Source: an uncultured delta proteobacterium (GTDB lineage: Bacteria; Desulfobacterota; Desulfobacteria; Desulfobacterales; Desulfatirhabdiaceae). From it: a stretch of 64,000 nucleotides of DNA. The position numbers and the translations under genes are program-made. Below the pieces are notes generated by a model, which saw nothing but the letters and a program-made list of their open reading frames with translations, was not told the DNA's origin and searched no databases. The number at the start of each line of letters is the position of its first letter. Within the stretch, counting starts at the first letter, position 1. Positions 1 to 10,867 of this stretch are shown one piece after another. The stretch lies in NCBI GenBank assembly GCA_963789395.1, contig CAWBKP010000010.1, positions 32,001 through 96,000 on the forward strand. Reading direction: 5' to 3'.

Positions 1-18
1 GAAATCGAGTTCGTCCAT
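1..18 (-). CDS. 5' start of a gene running off the window edge (MDELDF...), possibly the cognate response regulator
   Basis: ATG at 18-16 preceded by AAGGAAACACC, 12 nt after the kinase stop; the product is a guess from context. Confidence 0.4.
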
Positions 19-30
19 GGGTGTTTCCTT

Positions 31-3000
31 TCAGACCGATGGTCCGGCGGCGGCCCTCAGCGCTGCGAGCGCCGCCTCGAAGTCGAATGACCGGATGCCT
101 TCGTCGATCTTGCGGTAGTGGTTGGGGAAAGCGGCGTTAAGCAGGTCCGCATTCGCATCCAGCACATCACCCGCCTCCGCGTCGTCGTCGGCCAGCATTG
201 CCTCCAGCTTGTCACAGACAGCCTTGAGTTGTTCCGGGTCTACAGCGGCGGCCATCCTTGGCCCGTTCCTCCGGAAGCTTGTGTTCCAGTTGGGTGATGA
301 GATATTCAAGCGGCATTTTCAACGCGTCGAGCCGGGCATCGATCTCCTCGCGCGGATGGCGCTCCCTGATCGCGGTTTCGAGCTTTTCCGCCAGCTGCTG
401 CAGGCCGGTGGCGCCGATGGTGCCGGAAACACCCTTCAGCGTGTGGGCAAGCCGCTCCGCGGTGTCCAGGCAGTTGCTCTCCAGCGCTTTGCGGATTTCC
501 GCCAGTACGGATTTCTGCCCGGCGACGAACTTGCGCAGCATCGAAAGGTAGAGCGGTTTTTTGCCGAGCACACGGCGCAGGCCGTTGGCCATATCCAGCC
601 CCTCGATGCCGGACGGCAGGTCGACATCTTCGCGACCGCCTGCGGCTTGCCATCAGGACTGCTGCTGTCGCGTGCCGCGGCTTGATCCATTTCAGCAGCG
701 CCTTCCACAGGTTTTCGGGTTCGATCGGCTTGGCCACATGATCGTTCATGCCCGCCGCCATGCAGCGGTCGCGATCGCCCTGCATGGCGTTGGCGGTCAT
801 CGCCACCACCGGAAGATCCTTGAAGCGCGCATCCTTGCGGATCTCCCGGGTCGCCGTCACGCCGTCCATCACCGGCATCTGCATGTCCATCAGCACGATG
901 TCGTAATCGGCGGCCCTGACCTTGTCCAGCGCGATCTGGCCGTTCTCGGCCAGATCGACGATGAAGCCGGCATCGCGCAGCAGTTCGGTTGCCACTTCCT
1001 GGTTGAGATCGTTGTCCTCCACCAGCAGGATGCGGGCGCCCTTGATGGTGGCGAGTTGCTCGAAGGTGTCGGTCGGCGCATCCCCGGCGATGCGCGCGCC
1101 ATCGACAACGCCTCCCAGAATGCGCATCACGCTGTCGAAGAGCACCGAGGCGCTGACCGGCTTGATCAGCACATCCTCGATGCCCGCTTCCTCCGCGCCT
1201 TTTATAACTTCCTCGCGGCCGAAAGCGGTCACCATGATCATGTGCGGCATGCGGCTGAGCGGAAGCTCCCTCAGCTGCCTGGCCGTTTCGTTGCCATCCA
1301 TGCCCGGCATCTGCCAGTCGAGGAACACGATCTCGTAGGGCATGCCCTGGGCCTCGGCGCGTTCCACGGCGCCGATGGCCGCCTGGCCCGACTCGGCCTG
1401 GTCGACCTTGAAGCTCATGCTGCCAAGCAGGTCGCCCAGCACCTGGCGGGCGTTCTCGTTGTCGTCCACCACCAGCACGCGTTTGCCCTGCAGGTCGGCC
1501 GACAGCACCAGCTTGCGCTGCTGGCCGACGCCCTTGCCGAGGCGCGCCGTGAACCAGAAGGTGCTTCCCTTGCCGGGTTCGCTGTCCACGCCCACCTCTC
1601 CGCCCATCAGTTCGGCCAGCTTCTTGGAAATGGCCAGCCCGAGGCCGGTGCCGCCGAATTCGCGGGTGGTCGAGGTGTCGGCCTGCGAAAATCTCTGGAA
1701 CAACCGCCCCATCTGCTCCTCCGTCAGGCCGATGCCGGTATCGCGCACGGCGCAGTAGATCAGCACGTCGTCGTCGGTCTGCTCCTTGAGGCGGATGATG
1801 ATGTCGATCTCGCCATGCTCGGTGAACTTGACGGCATTGTTGCCGTAGTTGATAAGAATCTGCCCCAGCCGCAGCGGATCGCCGATCAGGTTGGGCGGCA
1901 CGTTCCTGTCCACGTCAAAGACCAGTTCCAGCCCCTTGGCGGCGGCCTTCTCGGCGATCAGGTTGGCCACATTGTCAAGCACCTTCTCCAGTTCGAACTC
2001 GGTGTGCTCGATCGTCAGCTTGCCCTCCTCGATCTTCGAGAAATCGAGAATATCGTTGATGATGTTGAGCAGATGCCGGCTGGAAAGCTTGATCTTCTTG
2101 ATGTAGTCGCGCTGGCGGGGCGTCAGTTCGGTCTTCAGCGCCAGATGGGACATGCCGATGATGGCGTTCATCGGCGTGCGGATCTCGTGGCTCATGTTGG
2201 AGAGAAAATCCGATTTGGCGAGGTTGGCTTTTTCCGCCACGGCCTTGGCTTTCTCCAGCTCGGCGGTCTTTTCCTGCAGCACCTGATCCAGGAGTTTGCG
2301 CTCCGTGATGTCGCGCGCAGCGGCGAACACGCCCTGCAGCCTCCTGTCCCGATCGTAGAAGGTGGTGGCATTCAAGGACACCACCGTTTCCTGCCCGTCC
2401 CTGGTGCGCGCGGTGAGCTCGTAGTTGGTGACCTTTTTTTCGCTCAGCACGCGTTTGATGCTTGCCTCGGCCCGCTCCGGATCCGTAAAGTAATTCTTGA
2501 ACGGCGCGCCGATCAATTCGTCGCGCGTGCAATCGGTGAGCGCCTCCATCTGCTTGTTGACATCGGTGATGATGCCGGACGGATCGGTGGTCATCAGCGC
2601 GTCGATATTGGATTCAAAGAGGGAGCGCGTGTAGAACTGATAGTCGCGCAGGCGCTGATCGAGCTGATTTCGCACGGTGATATCACGCAAAATGCCGGTG
2701 AAGTATCGCTGGCCACCCAGCCACATTTCGCTTACCGCAATCTCCAACGGAAAAGTGCTGCCATCCTTGCGCCTGCCGGTGACTTCGCGTCCGAGGCCGA
2801 TAGCGCGCGCCTCTTCGCTCGCACTGTAATACTCGAGCGAACCATTGCGCTGGTCCTGATCCAGTTCGGGGATCAGCAGGCTGAATTTCTGTCCGATGAA
2901 TTCTTCGGCGGCATAGCCAAACATTCGCTCGGCGGCCGGATTCACCGTCTGGACGATGCCGCCGTTGGCGTGGAGGGTGACGATGCCATCCTCCACGGTA

Positions 3001-4523
3001 TTGAGAATGGTCTGGATCAGCGCAGCACTGTCGCGCAAGGCCTGCTGCGCCGCATATTCCCCGGTGACATCGCGGAACACCAGCACGGCGCCGATCACCT
3101 GACCGTCCCGGTCGCGAATCGGCGCGCAACTGTCGGCAATATCGCACTCGCCGCCATCGCGTGCAATCAGCACGGTGTGGTTGGCCAGGCCCTGTATCAT
3201 GCCCTGCGCCAGGGTTTCAACAACCGGAATCGTGGCCGGGTGGCGGGTTTCTTTGTTGATGATGTGAAAAATATCGCTCACCGGGCGTCCGCCGGCCTGC
3301 GCCATCGTCCAACCGGTGAGCTTTTCGGCAAGGGGATTCAGGAGTGTCACACGTGCTTCGGTATCGGTGGTTATTACGGCATCGCCAATGGAGTTGAGCG
3401 TCACCGCGAGTTTTTCCTCGCTGTCCCGCAAGGTGACGTTGGCCTGCTGCAGTTGTTTGTTTGTCTCCTGCTGAATCTCGATCAAATGCTGCCGCTCTGC
3501 TTCGACCTGCTTGCGCGCGGTGTTGTCCGTGCCAATCAGCAGGTAACCGATGATGGCGTTTTTTTCGTCGCGCAGGGCCGTGACCGAAACGATTGCCGGG
3601 AACCGACTGCCGTCCTTGCGGATGTAGGTCAGCTCGTAGATGTCCTCGATGCCGCGTGACGCCTTGAAAACCAGCGCCTCGAAGCCCGGTGTAATCGGGG
3701 TTCCGAGTTCGACGCTGAGCGCTTCGGCGCGCGCGATCACTTCCCGCGGATCGGAAATTTCGGCCGGCGTGATTTTGTTCATCACTTCGGCGGCCGTATA
3801 GCCCAGCATGCGCTCGGCACCGACATTGAAGATCTGGATGACGCCCTTTGCGTCGGTTGCGATACTCGAGAAATTGGCGCTGTTGAAAATCGCGTTTTGA
3901 AGCGCACCCGTCTTGAGCAGCTCTTTTTCAGCCCGCTTTCGCTCAGTGATGTCACTCATCACGATGCGGCATACGGGAGCGCCGTCCGTATCCTGCGAGG
4001 TGGCCAATTCCAGATGCGCCCAGAATTGCGTGCCGTTCTTTTTCACCATCCTCAGATCGCATGCCAGCGGTTCACCGGCCTGCCTTGTGCCTGCCGAAAG
4101 GGTTTCCGAGAGTTGTTTGCGGTACAGGTAGTAGATGTCCTGGTCTTCTTTGCGGATAAACCGGGTGATCGGCTGCTTGACCAGTGCGCCCCGGGCCATG
4201 CCCAGCAGCGTCGCAGCGGTCAGGTTGGTCTCCAGAATCAATCCATTTTCGGAGACGGTGCAATATCCCACCGGCGCCAGATCATAGAGGTCGAAATAGC
4301 GCCCCCGTTCGGCGTCCAGTTCCTGCTGCGCCGCGCGCAACTCTTCGTTCTGGATCTCAAGTTCAATCTGGTGCACGCGCAACTCGTGGAGCATCCGCCG
4401 GGTTTCTTCAGGAGACAGGGATTGGATGTTTTCCGTCGACTGCGCCACTTTTTCCCGGGCGATCTCTTCGGCCCGACGTCTCAGTTCGGTGTCTTTTTCG
4501 GGTTGGATATCCTTGTTTTTCAT
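31..4523 (-). CDS. Multi-PAS hybrid sensor histidine kinase (PAS x5, HisKA, HATPase, 2 REC, Hpt); 3' end split by frameshifts
   Basis: H-box [10 protein letters not shown]-boxes DTGIG and GGTGLGL, REC motifs VLVVDDN/LDWQMP and ILLVEDN/MDMQMP; Hpt motif AHTLKG in ORF 212..592 and tail in ORF 31..309. Confidence 0.9.
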
Positions 4524-4560
4524 TGTTGGCTTCCTTCATTTTACGGCCGCTCATCGGATG

Positions 4561-5701
4561 CTACCCAATCATGCGATCTTTTCTCCATCTTAAAATTCCC
4601 CGCAATCCTTCCTGTGCAACTTTTTTCCCCTGGAGTTCGTAGAAAATTGTAAAATTCAAAGCATTTATTACATCAATGCTTTGCTCCTTCGCATTCACAA
4701 AAGGGCTCAGTATTAAAAATTTCCTGAAAAATGGTTTTAAATTCGAGCAACCGTTTTTTTGCAAATAACTGATGAAGCGTTTTGGCCTGTGTTTCCTCAA
4801 AATTCAATTCTCCGAGACGTTTTTCAATATAAATCTGTGTCCTCAGTGTAACCTTAACCCCCAATATCGCTTCAATATTCGTTTCAATCTCAGACGCCGA
4901 TAATTTCCGGCAAATCTTATTCTTTCCCATGGCAGTTGCATCAGTCCCATTACTGCAAGGCGTTGCCGCATTTCCTTTAACTGCCGAAATATTTGTTAGA
5001 CTGTGCGCCTCCGATAGGCGACACAAATATTCAGCCTGATGCGCAGCCACTTGGAGATAGGCGCTCAAATTGTAAAAGCCTGCATGGATATGCTCTGGAA
5101 ATTTTATGCCGCTTCGACTGCTCATATATCGATATTTGTGATCAATCTCGCTCCACGCCTCTTCGAGAATGGTCCGCAATTGTAACTCGAAGCAAAGGTC
5201 CTTCAACACCGGCGGAGCATCCGAATTTTCGCCCAGTTTTATCTTGTAATGGATGGAAGAGTATCCGGTGTATCTTGGATCTACGCTATCCGGGATCGAT
5301 TCGCCGGGATCAACCGGCAGCAGGAAAGACTTCTTTGGATCAGGACCTTCTACAAAATTCAAAATATTTTCTTCGGACAACAATTTGAGATAGGTCTCAA
5401 TTTTTTCAATATCCGAAAGACGCAGGCAGATGATCCGGACACCCAATAGATCACCGACATTTTCCTGATAATTTTTTTCCGTAATTATCCGTGCACCGGT
5501 AGCCATCCCTTCATCCAACATATTGATTTTCTCAATCAGCCTCTGTTCGTCCTTGATGCGGTATATAACGGTGTGCAGACTTTCTTTTGGCGACGATGGA
5601 TCGTCCTGGATCAGACGAACGATATATTCAGCAAGTTTTTTATATCTTTCTTTTTCCTTCAAAAACGAGATGAGGATCGCCTCTTTCTGGTGTTTCTTCA
5701 A
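4561..5701 (-). CDS. RelA/SpoT synthetase-domain protein (small alarmone synthetase-like); probable frameshift near 4690
   Basis: Motifs RIKD..LIEK, DLLGVRIIC, GYSSIHY, ELQLRTILEEAWSEIDHKYRY; TTG start at 5701 with GAGGAG RBS; C-terminus continues in ORF 4561..4800. Confidence 0.8.
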
Positions 5702-5819
5702 ATACCGATTCTCCTCGATAAATTTGTGTACCGACAGACCGTCACCGCCGTAATACCGAACAACATGCTTAATGATATGCGCATTTTCTTTTGTTTTTTT
5801 GCCTTCACGACAAATACCG

Positions 5820-6947
5820 TTAGAATCCCAGCGACACTTCCATGCCATAGTAATCAACCTTATTGTTATAAAACTGGCCATACGGATCATACCCACTGTA
5901 CCACACTGCCATGAGGCGCAGGCGGCGCTGGCCCGGGTAGGGATGACCAAACTCGAGGCCTGCCTTGATGCTGGTATCGACGGACCAGTCATTCTCCTCC
6001 GTGCTCTTCATATCCACCCCGGCGATTGGTCTGCCGCTCCAAACAAGCGGCTTGATACCGCGATACTCGAGCCCCCAGTGGGCGATTGCCGGCTTGAGAT
6101 CACTCGGTTCCTTGTGGACCAGGTACTCCCCGCCACCGTAAACTCGCCACTCTCGCCAATCGCGGGAATAGATGAGCTCAGTGGATTCGTAGCTGAGGTT
6201 AACCCGTTCCGGATGATTGGCGCTCAGGAGCAGTTCATCCCCCAGATGCGAGCTCTGATGATAAAGGCGGACACGGAGCGAATTGTCGCCATACCGGTAG
6301 GTAACCGGAATGCCGATGGTGTAGTCCGCATTGATAAGGTCGGAGGAAGCGGAATCCAGGTTGAATTGGGCGAACAGAGCGCCTTCCAGGCTCAATTGAA
6401 GCCCGTCCCCCTCGCGGCTGCCGAAAAACCTGTATATGCCGAATGTCTCCCCGAAGCCGACGGACGCCATGGTGTATCGGACATCCAGTGAGCTGAAACT
6501 AAGGAGGCTGACAAAGAACCGCGGCTGCTTCGGGTCGGCAATGAGCGGCCAGAACAGATCGCCAACTGGAAAGGTTTCTCCCTGGGCGGTAACCCCCATA
6601 AAACTGCCTTCCGCTTCCGGCTTGACGGCGTCTGCAGGCTTTACCACGATCGTTACCCCCTTGAGTCCATCGATAGCACGCAACTGCTTGTCGGCCGCCT
6701 CCTGCCGAATCGGGTCCTCTTTATACAAGGTAATTGTGGCAACTCCGTTGACAATCTTCAACATATAGCTGTCTCTTTCCCAGTTCAGGTCCCGCTCAAG
6801 GATGGAGGCAACATAACCGGTCAGAAATTCATCGCCGGACCTGTTTGCGGCCACTGCGGGGAGAGAGGTGAAAAGGAGCATGAGACAGAGGAAGGCGGCG
6901 AAGAGGCGTCCGGTAACATTCACACAGGTGGTGATACGCAGCAGCAT
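5820..6947 (-). CDS. Exported DUF1207-like outer-membrane protein
   Basis: Signal peptide; DLINADY and YHQSSHLGDE motifs; C-terminal Phe. Confidence 0.7.
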   Translation of the reverse strand: MLLRITTCVNVTGRLFAAFLCLMLLFTSLPAVAANRSGDEFLTGYVASILERDLNWERDSYMLKIVNGVATITLYKEDPIRQEAADKQLRAIDGLKGVTIVVKPADAVKPEAEGSFMGVTAQGETFPVGDLFWPLIADPKQPRFFVSLLSFSSLDVRYTMASVGFGETFGIYRFFGSREGDGLQLSLEGALFAQFNLDSASSDLINADYTIGIPVTYRYGDNSLRVRLYHQSSHLGDELLLSANHPERVNLSYESTELIYSRDWREWRVYGGGEYLVHKEPSDLKPAIAHWGLEYRGIKPLVWSGRPIAGVDMKSTEENDWSVDTSIKAGLEFGHPYPGQRRLRLMAVWYSGYDPYGQFYNNKVDYYGMEVSLGF

Positions 6948-7021
6948 GGTCACGTCATTTTCCTTTTTATTGGCAGAACAGGGGGCGTCAAACGCCAGAC
7001 CGATGGGTCCGGCATCCTGGC

Positions 7022-7312
7022 TCATTTGAACTTTGAGGCCGCATTGTGGTAGGCTGTCTTGACTTCATCCCAGGCTTTTTCCGCGCCTGTTTTGACGTCT
7101 TCCCATGCCTCGTCTCCGGCGGTCTTCAGCTCGCGCAATCTTGTTCCGGCAACTTCTTGTTTGTGCTCCAACGCTTCGATGTTTTTGTAGTATTCGATCT
7201 TCGCATCGGCCTTGGCCTTGTCCGCCTTGGCCTTAAGCAGCGCTATCTGCGCGTTCCATTCTTGGAACTGCGCCTCGAGCTTTTCTTCATATGCTTTTCG
7301 TTTGTCCTTCAT
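7022..7312 (-). CDS. Small coiled-coil stress-response-type protein
   Basis: RKAYEEKLEAQFQEWNAQI...AWEDVKTGAEKAW pattern; AAGGA RBS. Confidence 0.75.
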   Translation of the reverse strand: MKDKRKAYEEKLEAQFQEWNAQIALLKAKADKAKADAKIEYYKNIEALEHKQEVAGTRLRELKTAGDEAWEDVKTGAEKAWDEVKTAYHNAASKFK

Positions 7313-7354
7313 TTAAAATTCCTTTTCAGTTTATTGAGTGTATCTTCAGAAGAT

Positions 7355-7546
7355 TCACTTCCCGATACGAATCCTTGAGATGTCACCAATGAGTCCGAAA
7401 ACACTCAAAAGCCAGAGAATAACCCCAATAACCACGACGGCATTGAGGATTTTCTTAATACTGCTCTGCATCGGTATGTAATTGTTAATCACCCACAGGA
7501 TCACCCCGACGACAACCAAAACAATGACCAATTGTATCAACGGCAT
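7355..7546 (-). CDS. Small two-helix membrane protein (Thivi_2564-like)
   Basis: MPLIQLVIVLVVVGVILWVINNYIPM pattern; AAAGGAG RBS. Confidence 0.75.
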   Translation of the reverse strand: MPLIQLVIVLVVVGVILWVINNYIPMQSSIKKILNAVVVIGVILWLLSVFGLIGDISRIRIGK

Positions 7547-7697
7547 GGTATTTCTCCTTTCATCTTGCGCATTGACGGAGAAGAGACCGGTTCTCTCGCC
7601 ATGGAGCAGTGAGACGTCATAAACCTCGCATTTGAAGGGGCACCCCGAAATTCTGGCGAAATGGGAAGTACTTTGATGGAATGCCCCTTATCCATTC

Positions 7698-8015
7698 TTA
7701 TTTCTTTTCGACCTTCAAAAGGTTCTTAACGGATTTCACGCCCTTGATTTTCCTGATGTTTGATACAAGCCGGTTCTCGGTCGTTGTGCTGTTCACAAAA
7801 CCGGTAAGCACAACCTCTCCTTTTGTGACCGTCACTTCGATCTTTAAATAATGGGCATCCGGATCTTGAACTACGATCGCTGTTGCTTGTGTATAAATCG
7901 ATGAATCGTCGACATGCTCACCTGCTGTCTCGCCCGTCATCATCGCGCAGCCCGAAAACATGGCCAACCCAAACACCATTAACACTGTCATAAGAATCGC
8001 TTTTTTCATTTTCAT
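7698..8015 (-). CDS. BON-domain lipoprotein
   Basis: Lipobox FSGC; VDDSSI...GEVVLTGFV...GVKSVKNLL BON pattern; AAAGGAG RBS. Confidence 0.85.
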   Translation of the reverse strand: MKMKKAILMTVLMVFGLAMFSGCAMMTGETAGEHVDDSSIYTQATAIVVQDPDAHYLKIEVTVTKGEVVLTGFVNSTTTENRLVSNIRKIKGVKSVKNLLKVEKK

Positions 8016-8095
8016 TTCTCCTTTTCTTAGATGCGCAATCATACGATTGCACGATTAATAAATAACGATGGCAAATTCGTTCCTGATTATACAGT

Positions 8096-8111
8096 TGCAC
8101 GCATTGTGCCA
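8096..8111 (-). promoter_or_regulatory. Sigma54 (-24/-12) promoter for the BON/small-protein cluster
   Basis: Minus strand TGGCACAATGCGTGCA, GG-N10-GC spacing, ~80 nt upstream of the BON gene. Confidence 0.7.
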
Positions 8112-8205
8112 GTTTTCCAACACGCAGCGTCAAGCCACTCATCTATTTGATTTTAAATAATAATTTGTTAACAATGCACTTATACGACTGGCATTGGCGG
8201 ATAGA

Positions 8206-8251
8206 AATAAAGGGTCATATTTAACCGATGGTTATATATGACCCTTTTATT
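8206..8251. repeat. Long AT-rich inverted repeat in the divergent intergenic region
   Basis: AATAAAGGGTCATAT...TAACC GAT GGTTA...ATATGACCCTTTTATT. Confidence 0.7.
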
Positions 8252-8369
8252 ACAAATCAGTGCGGCGCCGGCGGGAAGAAACTTGAAGGCTCGGAGATGG
8301 TTGATCCGCCATGGGCACGCCGGGTACTTTATCTCTATGTCCCATACGGACAGGATGCCGCTATGGGTA

Positions 8370-8399
8370 TTGACAGTGCCATAATAAATGCGATAACTT
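8370..8399 (+). promoter_or_regulatory. Putative sigma70 promoter of the lipid cluster
   Basis: TTGACA (8370-8375), 18-nt spacer, TAACTT (8394-8399). Confidence 0.5.
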
Positions 8400-8404
8400 C
8401 ATGA

Positions 8405-8528
8405 ACCTGCTCTTCTGCTGCTCCTTACACCCTTAATTTCGGGGGCAACCCCTGTGACGGGTTGAGCAGAAGGGCATTTTACCGGCAAAGCCGACTTTCT
8501 CTGACCCCGCCCACTGGACGGGGGTTTT
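8405..8528 (+). ncRNA. Candidate structured leader RNA ending in a terminator-like hairpin
   Basis: 12-bp stem 8408-8419/8465-8476 enclosing GGGG-GCAA-CCCC; CGGC-AAA-GCCG hairpin; CCCCG...CGGGG followed by GTTTT. Confidence 0.45.
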
Positions 8529-8673
8529 CATGTAAAATCGGATGCACAGTTACAGAATCAAGCAGCAAGACCCACGTCATTCCTGATTTGCCGGAATAAC
8601 GTAAATGAAAGCCCCTTTCCATTTTGTTCACTTCATTGTTTGGAATTGTAACAGGCGACGGCGGAGGACGCGA

Positions 8674-9648
8674 ATGAGAAAAAGGATCTTCTTCATCTGC
8701 GGTTCGATGAATCAGACTACTCAGATGCATCAGATTTCCAAGCACCTTTCCGACTACGCGCATGCGTTCTCGCCTTTCTACTGCCAGGGTTTTGACGAGA
8801 TTCTTCGAAAATTCGGGTTGACCGAGTTCACGATCGCAGGCAACAAAACCGCGGGACGCTGCCGGACGTATCTGGAGAATCATGGCCTGCCCATCGACTT
8901 CCAGGGAAAGAAACGGCCCTACGACCTGGTGGTTACCTGCTCGGACGTATACCTTCAAAAGAATATACGAGGCAACAGGATCGTACTGGTTCAGGAGGGG
9001 ATTATCGACCCGGAATCCGTCATGTATCATCTCGTCAAGCGTTTCCGATTTCTTCCCCGATGGATGGCGGATACGGCGATGACCGGCCTCAGCGATGCAT
9101 ACGCGGTTTTCTGTGTGGCAAGCGAAGGATACCGCGATTTATTCATCGGAAAAGGCGTGCGTCCCGGGAAAATCGTCGTTACGGGAATACCCAATTTCGA
9201 TGACTGCCGGCAATATCTGACGAACGACTTTCCCTACAGGCACTATGTACTGGCCTGCACATCCGCGCTAAGGGAGACATTCCGCCGCGAGGACCGCGTA
9301 TCCTTCATACGAAGGGCTGTAGATATCGCCGGCGGCCGGCGGCTCATCTTCAAGCTTCACCCGGCTGAAAATGTCGGGCGCGCCACCCGGGAAATCCGGG
9401 CGCACGCTCCGGGAGCTTTGGTGTTTGCAGCGGGGAGCGCAGAAGAAATGATCGCCAATTGCGATGTCCTGATCACCCGCTTTTCATCGACCGCCTTCGT
9501 CGGCGTTGCGCTCGGCAAGGCGACTTATTCGGACTTCGATACCGACCAATTGCGTCGACTGATGCCGCTTCAGAACGGCTCGGCGGCTGTTAACATCGCC
9601 AATGTCTGCCGCCGGATTCTTGAGGAAAAACAGGATGAGCGCATTTGA
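8674..9648 (+). CDS. GT-B fold protein (UDP-GlcNAc 2-epimerase / glycerophosphotransferase-like)
   Basis: KIVVTGIPNFD, FKLHPAE and DVLITRFSS..FVGVALGK motifs; GGAGG RBS before ATG 8674. Confidence 0.6.
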   Translation: MRKRIFFICGSMNQTTQMHQISKHLSDYAHAFSPFYCQGFDEILRKFGLTEFTIAGNKTAGRCRTYLENHGLPIDFQGKKRPYDLVVTCSDVYLQKNIRGNRIVLVQEGIIDPESVMYHLVKRFRFLPRWMADTAMTGLSDAYAVFCVASEGYRDLFIGKGVRPGKIVVTGIPNFDDCRQYLTNDFPYRHYVLACTSALRETFRREDRVSFIRRAVDIAGGRRLIFKLHPAENVGRATREIRAHAPGALVFAAGSAEEMIANCDVLITRFSSTAFVGVALGKATYSDFDTDQLRRLMPLQNGSAAVNIANVCRRILEEKQDERI

Positions 9649-9800
9649 AAATCAGCCGGCCGGGACTTTCATACGGCTTGTCATCCCATCCGGCACTGAA
9701 ACGCTTTGATTTGGCTATTGACATGAAATATCATACAGGATTGATGTCGGATAAATCAGTTGCAGTAAAATATTCGAGTTGCCTTGATTAAAGAGAAAAC

Positions 9801-10745
9801 ATGATTCTCAATGCCCGGGACAAAATTACCAGGGGTTTGTTGTCATTGGCCAAGACCCCCTTGGTCTTTTCTCCTTATTACCGATACCATCTTCCATTGC
9901 CCGCCGTGATCCTGATCGAGAATACAAACTGCTGCAACGCGCAGTGTGTCATGTGCCCCCGCGAGATGCTGACCCGAAAACGCGGCTTCATGGAGTTCGG
10001 ATTGTTCGAGAAGATCATACGTGAAGTGTCCAGCGTGAAACGAAAACCCGTCGTGCATTTGCATGGGTTTGGAGAACCGCTGCTGGATGAGTCGTTGCCG
10101 GAAAGGATCAAGCTTGCAAAAGCCTGCGGGATAAAGCATACTTATCTTGTTACCAATGCTTCGTTACTGTTCCCCGAGAAAGCCGGAAAGATCATCCGTG
10201 CGGGACTGGACGTGATGAAGATCAGTTTTTACGGCACCGATCAAGAATCGTATCGCGCCACCATGAAACGGCTTGATTTCGATGTGGCGCTTGACAACAT
10301 CAAAGAGTTTGTGAGGATAAGAAAGGATCTGAACAAACGAACTCCGAAATTGATTCTTCAATACCTGCCTCAGGAAGCCAATGGAGGCAAGACAAAGGAA
10401 TTTCAATCTCTGTGGCACTCTGTCCTGGATAAGCGGGCGGGCGACTGCCTGAATTTCTGTGCTTTGGACAATTTTGGAGGCGGGAGAGCTTACAACCGTT
10501 TGGGAGAAAAAATAGTGTCCGTCTGTTTTTACCCCTGGTCAGCCCTGTCGGTGCTCTGCGACGGCAGGGCCGTTACCTGTTGTGTGGATTACAATGGCGT
10601 TCAGGGCGTCGGAAATCTGAACTTCCAGACCGTCAAGGAAATCTGGAACGGGCCTGAGTTGTCCCGGATCAGGAGCAGCTTTGGAAAAACGGATTATAGC
10701 GCGTTTCCGACCTGTCTTTGTTGCGACTGGGTACGCAGGCGGTAG
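9801..10745 (+). CDS. Radical SAM protein with SPASM/twitch domain
   Basis: CNAQCVMC (CxxxCxxC), GFGEPLL; C-terminal CFYPW..DGRAVTCCVD..GNL..EIWNG..CLCC. Confidence 0.9.
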   Translation: MILNARDKITRGLLSLAKTPLVFSPYYRYHLPLPAVILIENTNCCNAQCVMCPREMLTRKRGFMEFGLFEKIIREVSSVKRKPVVHLHGFGEPLLDESLPERIKLAKACGIKHTYLVTNASLLFPEKAGKIIRAGLDVMKISFYGTDQESYRATMKRLDFDVALDNIKEFVRIRKDLNKRTPKLILQYLPQEANGGKTKEFQSLWHSVLDKRAGDCLNFCALDNFGGGRAYNRLGEKIVSVCFYPWSALSVLCDGRAVTCCVDYNGVQGVGNLNFQTVKEIWNGPELSRIRSSFGKTDYSAFPTCLCCDWVRRR

Positions 10746-10867
10746 GCTCCGGATGATTGAATTGCCGATTCTAACTGCGGTTGCTCTGTGAAGAAAAATG
10801 ACGATTTCTGACATCCAACCGGGTGCATGTTTTTTATTAATTTAACTTTCTTTACAGGGAATGATAA

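Noticed and set aside
561..3659. 1032-aa plus-strand ORF
   Set aside because: Antisense shadow of the GC-rich kinase gene; no recognisable motifs
8405..8528. c-di-GMP-I (GEMM) riboswitch
   Set aside because: A GCAAAGCC-like string is present, but the GEMM P1/P2 layout and tetraloop receptor are not evident; kept only as an unknown leader
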